From: Hydrurus foetidus
Taxonomy: Eukaryota
Direction of reading: 5' to 3'
Length of the DNA stretch: 20,000 nucleotides
Assembly (NCBI GenBank): GCA_900617105.1
Contig: UYFQ01000723.1
Location: forward strand, 296,166 to 316,165
Part shown: one piece after another, positions 13,901 through 20,000 of the stretch
How the letters are laid out: each line of letters begins with the position of its first letter
Numbering within the stretch: the stretch's first letter is position 1
Notes under the pieces: model-generated
Databases searched by the model: none
What the model was told of the DNA's origin: nothing
What the model saw: the letters and a program-made list of their open reading frames with translations, nothing else
Program-made: the position numbers and the translations under genes

Positions 13901-13966
13901 AGATTGGCACTATTAGAAAAGATGTTGCAAAATCAAAATACTGAAAAAGCAATAACAACAAAATAG
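7950..13966 (+). CDS. Giant (~2000 aa) secreted tail-fibre-like repeat protein with YadA-head-like repeats and C-terminal Peptidase S74 chaperone, many apparent frameshifts
   Basis: Signal peptide MKKHLLTIVLAAIFFTAAQAQ, then ADPSAMLDVQSTNK..LLPRMT. Recurring VGIGTxxPxxKLEVNG modules, SFAxG repeats at ~9070-9360, and SDIRLKRNI...IGFLAQDLEKQFPQLV...SVAYSNMAPVLLQAIKDQQAQI from 13598. G/T/N/S-rich coding sequence is continuous and no internal intergenic gap is visible. Confidence 0.82.
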
Positions 13967-13976
13967 AAATTCGTTT

Positions 13977-14025
13977 GCCATATAGACATATAAAATATTA
14001 TTGTAAACCTATGTGTCTATGTGGT
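13977..14025. repeat. REP-like stem-loop between the fibre gene and the T9SS cargo gene
   Basis: GCCATATAGACATATA ... TATGTGTCTATGTGGT pairs fully when G-U pairs are allowed. No U-tract follows on the + strand. Confidence 0.65.
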
Positions 14026-14064
14026 GAAAAAATACTTCCGTTTCTTCATTCAAATAATATTAAA

Positions 14065-15210
14065 ATGAAAAATAGTTTAAAATATTGCTGCTTTGTTTTG
14101 CTGCTTTTTATAGCATTAATACAAATGCACAAATAACAAATTTGGGCGAAATTGGAATTGTAACAGCCACACAGTTTGCTGTTACTGGCGATTAATAACA
14201 ACAATGCTGCTATTCGCATAGAGTTGGGCAGTGCTACAGAAAACAATCTACTAACAGCTACAGGAAATATTGCTTTAAATGGCACATTAAAAATTGATTT
14301 TGCCAATGGGTATTTGCCAGCAACTTCTCAAACATTTACCATTATTACAGGCAATACTGTTACTGGCAGTTTTAACAATGTCATCTTTCCAACAGGTGTT
14401 AATGGTACTATCATTTACAATAATAATAATGTTGTTGTAACCATAGCTAATGCATCAGTTTCACTATCATTAACTGGTGCATCATCTGTTGTGCAGGAAG
14501 CAGTATTACAATTACACCTAATGTCTGGGTGGTATTTTTAGCAGTATAACTGGATATGCAAATGTTAGTCAAACAGGAGTTGTAACTGGCTCAAGTGCTG
14601 GCAATGCAACAATAAAATATACTTTAGGTAATAAATCAATAAATAAGACAATTGCTGTTAATGCACTTCCATCTGTGCCAACAATTACTTATGCTGTGGG
14701 TACTATTGGAAATCCACAAGCTGGAGCTCAACTGGTGGTTTTGTGTTGGAAAAGTATTTGGGGTTGCAGGAACACCAAGTGGTGGGGTTTGGAGTTCAAA
14801 TGGTGCTGCAAGTATAACAACTGGCGGTATCGTAACAATTAATGCTGTTGGCACAGGTTCTATAAAATATAACTACACAAATGCAAATGGTTGTAGCAAT
14901 AGTAGAACAATGGTGGGCAATGGATTTATTTGTGCAGCTCGTGGCGTAGCCATAAACGAAACTACAAACCACAAACGATTTTACAATGTATCCAAATCCA
15001 GCAACATCAATGTTGAACGTGAATATTGAAACATTAATTGGTTCTGGAAGTATTGTTGTTACAGATTTGTATGGCAAACAAGTAAAACAACAGGGTTTAA
15101 GTATGGGAACAAATACAGTTGATGTTTCTAAACTTTCAAAGGGAATGTATTTTGTTAGTGTGATAACAAACGAAGGCAAGCATACAAAGAAAATAGTGAT
15201 TAATAAGTAG
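14065..15210 (+). CDS. T9SS type A sorting-domain protein with Ig-like (Big_2-like) repeats, frameshifted
   Basis: Signal peptide MKNSLKYCCFVLLLFIALNTNAQ, Ig-like segments (TPSGGVWSS...ASITTGGIVTINAVGTGSIKY) and CTD YPNPATSMLNV...VDVSKLSKGMYFVSV...TKKIVINK*. Confidence 0.88.
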
Positions 15211-15228
15211 TAGTTAGTGATTAATTTA

Positions 15229-15265
15229 AAATTTGCCAACCTTATGTATGTAGGCAAATTTGTTT
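15229..15265 (+). terminator. Probable intrinsic terminator
   Basis: AAATTTGCC...GGCAAATTT hairpin followed by GTTT, just downstream of the stop at 15210. Confidence 0.6.
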
Positions 15266-15279
15266 ATAATGGATATATA

Positions 15280-15429
15280 TAATCATTACAAATTTTGATT
15301 TATTAAACCAAAAACCACCACAGATGCGTTTATGAAACACCTTGAAAAATAGAGTGCATGCACGTTTAAGAAGAACTATGGGAAAAGGATATTGATGCTG
15401 CTTGTGGGTAATTGGCGAACAAGGAATAG
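15280..15429 (+). pseudogene. rlmN: Orphan 3' fragment of the radical SAM RNA methyltransferase RlmN
   Basis: Reads TTDAFMKHLEK.RVHARLRRTMGK/DIDAACG*LANKE*, matching the RlmN C-terminal GxDIDAACGQL motif. The Gln codon is TAA and there is no room for the rest of the gene upstream. Confidence 0.8.
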
Positions 15430-15534
15430 TGTAAAAAACATTTGCGAGTTTTGAAAATATTGAGGTAATAAAACAACTATTTTTTCATTTTGAAATCTAT
15501 TTATTACGACATATCGTAGATGTAAAAACTAGAT

Positions 15535-17023
15535 ATGAAAAAATAATCTTCTCCTTTGCTATTGCATCACTAATTATTACAAGTTGTAAAAAGATGATGC
15601 AACACCAGTAGAAACTTTAATTGCTGGACCTAATCAAATTGTTTATGCAATTAATGCAAACAATGAATTAATAAAGTTTAATGCAAATGCTCCTGCAACA
15701 TCAATTAGCAAGATACCCGTAAGTGGCATTGTATCGGGCGAAAAATTAATGAGTATTGATTTTAGACCAACAACTGGCGGGTGTATGCTTTAAGCAGTGC
15801 AAGTAAACTATATATCATCAACCAAAATGATGGAGCAAGTAGAGTAGTTAATGCAACTGCATTTTACACCAAATATTTCTGGAACCATTGCCTCTATTGA
15901 CTTTAATCCAACTGTTGATAGATTGAGATTGGTTACTAGTGCAGGACAAAACCTTAGGTTAAATCCTGAAACAGGTTTAGTGGCTGCAACAGATGCTGTA
16001 ATAAATGGTGGTGCATTACCAATAATTACAGGAATTGCATACACTAATAGTAAAGCTGGTGCTGCATCAACTGCACTTTATGATATTGACCAAACTACTG
16101 GAAAGCTTTATAAACAAGATCCTCCAAATAATGGCACATTGGTAGAAATTGGTAGTTTAGGAACAATATTTACTGGCAATGCTGCATTTGATATAACACC
16201 TAGCAATACTGCTTTATTTGCTGCTGCAAATAGTTTTATATGGTTGATTTAACATCGGGGAAAAGCTAGTAAAATTGGTGCCACTACAGAAGCTTTGGTT
16301 GATATTGCTATTCCTACAGATGCTGTTGCTTATGCAGTTGATTTGAACAACAATTTGCAAATATTTAATCCTACAAATATTGCTGCTGGATTGGTTACAA
16401 AAGCAATAACTGGTTTGCAAGCAAGCGAAAATATTTATGGCATTGATTTTAGGCCATTGAATGGTCAGTTATATGCACTTGGCAGTAGCAGTAGGTTATA
16501 CACTATTAATTTGTCTAGTGGTGCTGCAACTCAAGTAGGCACAGGAACTTTCAGTACAGTTTGCTAGGTACAGATTTTGGGTTTGATTTTAATCCAACTG
16601 TTGATAGAATAAGGGTTGTAAACAATGCAGGGCAGAATCTAAGACTAAATCCAATTGATGGCACAGTTGCTGCTACTGATGCTAACCTTAATCCTGGAAT
16701 TCCAATGGTTAGTAGTGCAGCTTACACTAATAGTTATGCTGGTTGCAACCACAACAGCACTATTTGTAATTGATCATAATACTGATAAATTATATGCCCA
16801 AACTCCACCAAATAATGGGACGCTTGTTGAGGTAGGTAATTTAGGTATTGATATAAATAATAATAATGGATTTGATATTTCGAGTAGAACAAATACTGCT
16901 TATTTAGTAGCAACACTTTCTGGTACAACAAATTTATATACAGTAAGCACGGCAAGTGGAGTAGCTTCAAGCCCTACTATTTTTCCAATGGCTGTAAAGG
17001 TTTTCTATTGGAACTGGTTTTAA
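15535..17023 (+). CDS. Lipoprotein with two tandem DUF4394 domains, frameshifted
   Basis: Lipobox MKKIIFSFAIASLIITS-C-KKDD. The motif set IDFRP..G.LYAL, DFNPTVDRLRLV...GQNLRLNP, AYTNS.AG and PPNNGTLVE.G.LG occurs twice. Confidence 0.85.
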
Positions 17024-17047
17024 TTTCAATTTTTAAATAAATAATTG

Positions 17048-17081
17048 AGCCGTAAATTCGAAATGCAATTTGCGGCTTTTT
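17048..17081 (+). terminator. Rho-independent terminator
   Basis: AGCCGTAAATT-loop-AATTTGCGGCT followed by a T run, downstream of the DUF4394 gene. Confidence 0.75.
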
Positions 17082-17102
17082 ATACCTCTCGAAGATTAGT
17101 AA

Positions 17103-17181
17103 GTCATTGTAAGATTGAAGTTAAGTACCTCAACGAGGCGATATGTTTGCTTGAGATTTCTTCGGCAAAAACCTTGTTATG
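17103..17181. repeat. Degenerate GTCATT...ATGAC-bounded palindromic REP-like element
   Basis: GTCATTGTAAG ... CGAGGCGATAT ... GAGATTTCTTCG ... CTTGTTATGAC resembles, from recall, the GTCATTGCGAG...GAAGCAATC...GATTGCTTC...CTCGCAATGAC intergenic repeat. Confidence 0.5.
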
Positions 17182-17367
17182 ACGACCTTATTAGACAATA
17201 CATCAATTTCCAGAGATATCTAATAGATTATACCAAAAGATTTTAAACCTATTAACGATATTGCAATAATATTTCATTCCATACGAATACTAATTACTCA
17301 ATATTGCTAGTTCATAATCACTACATTTAGCTATGACACATTCCCAAAGCTTGTATACTTTTGACAA

Positions 17368-17971
17368 ATGATTAAAGTAGCAATATATGATGACAATGCA
17401 GCAAGGAGATGGGCTAGAAATGCTAGTGAAATTGAGTGATGAAATGGAGTGTGTTGGCAGTTATCAGATTGTAGTAATGTGCTTATAAATACTGAGGATC
17501 GGAGAACGATGTGTGTTAATGGATATTGAAATGCAATGTAAATGGCATGAGGGCGTTGGTTTTAATTAAAAAATTTACTAACATTGAAGGTGATTATGCA
17601 AACTGTTTTGAAGACGAAGAAAATTTTTGCTGCTTTACAAAATGGTGCTGATGGATATATTTTAAAACAGCAGGTATTGAAAGAATGTTAGAAAACATAA
17701 AAGAAGTATATAATGGTGGTGCTTATATGACGCCAAGTGTTGCTTTTCAGGTATTAAATTTTTCAAGAAAATCAACCAACAACAGAACATAATTTATCGC
17801 CACAAGAAACAAAGTGTAAACAATCTTGTGGAGGAATGAGTTATAAAATAGTTTAGACAAACTTGGTATTTCTTATTTTTACGGTAAACAGTCACGTTAA
17901 AAATATGAAAAGCTGCACGTTCATTCGCTTGGAGAAGCTATTTCTATTGCATTAAACAAAATATAGTATAG
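17368..17971 (+). CDS. NarL/FixJ family response regulator (receiver plus LuxR HTH), heavily frameshifted
   Basis: MIKVAIYDDNAARR, LMDIEM, GADGYILK, VYNGGAYMTPSVAFQVL, GMSYK, ISYFTVNSHVK and KLHVHSLGEAIS. A TACTTTTG -7 box lies at 17356-17363. Confidence 0.88.
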
Positions 17972-19255
17972 TTGAATAAATTATTATTCATAGAAACTTT
18001 TGTATTGGGTGCATCTGCTATTGCTGCAATTTATCATTTCATTTTATTTATTCAACAACGAGATAAATTCCTGCTTTTTATAGCCTGTATTTATTTACTT
18101 TAACAAGATTATATTTCATTCAAATTAATTAGCAATAACTATAATCGTTTTTACCAACCACACATTTATACTATAATTTTATAGGGAAACCCTGCAAATA
18201 CTGGTGGTTGCAATATGTAGCTTTTGCAGCAGTTACTGTGGGAGATGCACAAAGAGCCTCCCATTGTAAGAAATTGGTGGATTACATTTTGGTTTTATCT
18301 ATTGCATCTATTTTTATCATTACATAAAAGCATCACATATCATTCAAATATTACCACCAAACTAGAGTATGGAATATCACGATTTTCGCTAATTACCATT
18401 GCTGTTTTTGGGCTATGTTTTGCCTGGCAGCATAGAACTTCAATTTTCAAAGAACCATTATTATTGGCTCATTTGTTTTATGCTTTTTCAGGATTGCTCA
18501 GTAGTTTGTCATTTTGTGTTTGGAATATTTTAGATTATAGTGGTGTAGAACCTTATTTACTAGGCTGTTTAATTGATATTATTATTTTTTCTACAGCATT
18601 TGGATATAAATTAAATTAATTGCTCAACAAAAATGAACTATTAAAAATCAATTAGCCGTTATTGATGTTAAAATAAAATTGCTCAAGATTTACACGACGA
18701 TGTGGGTGCAACCCTCAGCAGTATGCAGTTGTATGGGGAATGGCAAATAGCATTTGGGAGAAAAACCAGAACAAAGCAAAGAAATGCTTGGCAAAATTAC
18801 CAGCCAATCTAAAGAACTAATAACAAGAATGAGCGATATTATTTGGAGTTTAAAACCAGTAAATGAAACACATACTCTTGATATATTACTTAAAAATTAT
18901 AGTGTTGAATTACTAGCACCCAAAAACATTCTTTGCAGTTTTTGTATAGATGAAAACACTTATACATTTATTGATAATCCTGAAACTAAAAATATATTAC
19001 TCATTGCTAAAGAAGCAATGAACAATATTACAAAATATAGCCAAGCAAAAATGCTGTTGTTTCTTTATTAAAAATAATAACTTAATTATTTTGTCTATAA
19101 ACGATGATGGCAAAGGTTTTGATACCAATAATTATGTTACAGGCAATGGATTAAGCAATATAAAAAAACGAGCTGCATCTTTAAAAGCAACAATATTCAT
19201 AACATCAAGTGTAGGAAATGGAACAAGTGTAATTTGCGAAATCCCTTTTAATTGA
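17972..19255 (+). CDS. Multi-TM (7TM-DISM-like) sensor histidine kinase, HisKA_3 type, frameshifted
   Basis: Hydrophobic N-terminal half, H-box IAQDLHDDVGATLSSMQLYG, MSDIIWSL, LLIAKEAMNNITKYS, INDDGKGFD and GNGLSNIKKRA. Confidence 0.88.
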
Positions 19256-19258
19256 CAA

Positions 19259-20000
19259 TTAAATAAACCCCTATTCATACAATAAGCAACCAATTCTCCA
19301 CTAGATTTTGTACTTGTTTTATGTAATAAATTTTGTCTGTGATTATCGGCAGTTTAAGTGCAATATTTAATTCTGTTGCAATTTGTTTACTACTAAAACC
19401 TGCTGCCAGCAGGCAATTACCTCTAATTCACGTTGTGTAAGTTTAGGCATTTCTATTTCATAAGGCAATACTTTATTTGGAGCAGAACAATGAAATAGTT
19501 GGCAAGAGGATTATCATAAGCATCAACAAACTCATCATTGCTTCGCCATCGGTTTTATGTGAGCAATATTGGTTACCAATGTTAATCAAATTTGATATTG
19601 CCATTGTCATCGTACAAATTTTTGCATATTGAATCATCATCAGTTGTTACGATTCCTGTGCAGATAATAAGCGAATGTAGATGGTTGGTTTTAAATAAAC
19701 TCGCTCTATCGTTATTAGCAGATTGAAAATAGTTAATCCAAAATTGAGTGAAAGCAAACAGTTTGGCAAGTCATCTGGGTGAGTACATCTAAACAAGATT
19801 TCGGGTGAATGACCCACAAAATCTTTCATTTCAATAGGTATCATTTTTTCCAACATTCCACCAGCAGAATGTGTGCTACCATTGGTTGTGTTTGCAACAA
19901 ACCAAAAATATTCTCCAACAGCAGTTTCTTAAAGTGTTCTATTGTATTAACCAAAAGATGTCGAGGATTTAATTCTGAATTCCCAGGTTCTCCTCCAAAT
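19259..20000 (-). CDS. PAS-fold plus LuxR HTH transcriptional regulator (5' end outside the window), frameshifted
   Basis: Reverse strand reads THPDDL (PAS-like), VTNIAH, KLTQRELEV, AGFSSKQIATELNIA and ADNHRQNLLHKTSTKSSGELVAYCMNRG. Confidence 0.85.

Noticed and set aside
7950..13966. Prophage tail module
   Set aside because: The protein has a signal peptide, and no capsid, terminase, baseplate, lysis or integrase genes flank it.
7966..16970. Minus-strand ORFs in the track (e.g. 8507-8746, 12134-12382, 14796-15257, 15808-16044)
   Set aside because: They are antisense shadows of well-supported plus-strand genes and have no recognisable motifs.

Overview
AT-rich Bacteroidota chromosomal window (Chitinophagaceae-like, judged from gene style and TAnnTTTG promoter boxes). 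Nearly every gene is broken by single-base indels, including ftsH and birA, which points to uncorrected long-read errors, so gene models were rebuilt across frames and ends are approximate. Bases 1-4400 are housekeeping: the 3' end of a KpsF/GutQ gene, a LUD-domain gene, ftsH, rsfS and birA. The rest is accessory: a TPR-LytS kinase with a LytTR regulator, a small XRE-HTH gene preceded by a non-coding 41-bp tandem array of GTAA-N6-TTAC palindromes and followed by an 18-bp inverted repeat, and LytTR-type direct repeats in front of a ~6-kb secreted tail-fibre-like gene with a C-terminal Peptidase S74 chaperone. Further right are a T9SS cargo gene, an orphan rlmN 3' remnant, a double DUF4394 lipoprotein, a NarL regulator with a membrane HisKA_3 kinase, and a partial PAS-LuxR regulator. 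The best novelty candidates are the array-plus-HTH cassette and the regulated fibre/T9SS-cargo locus.
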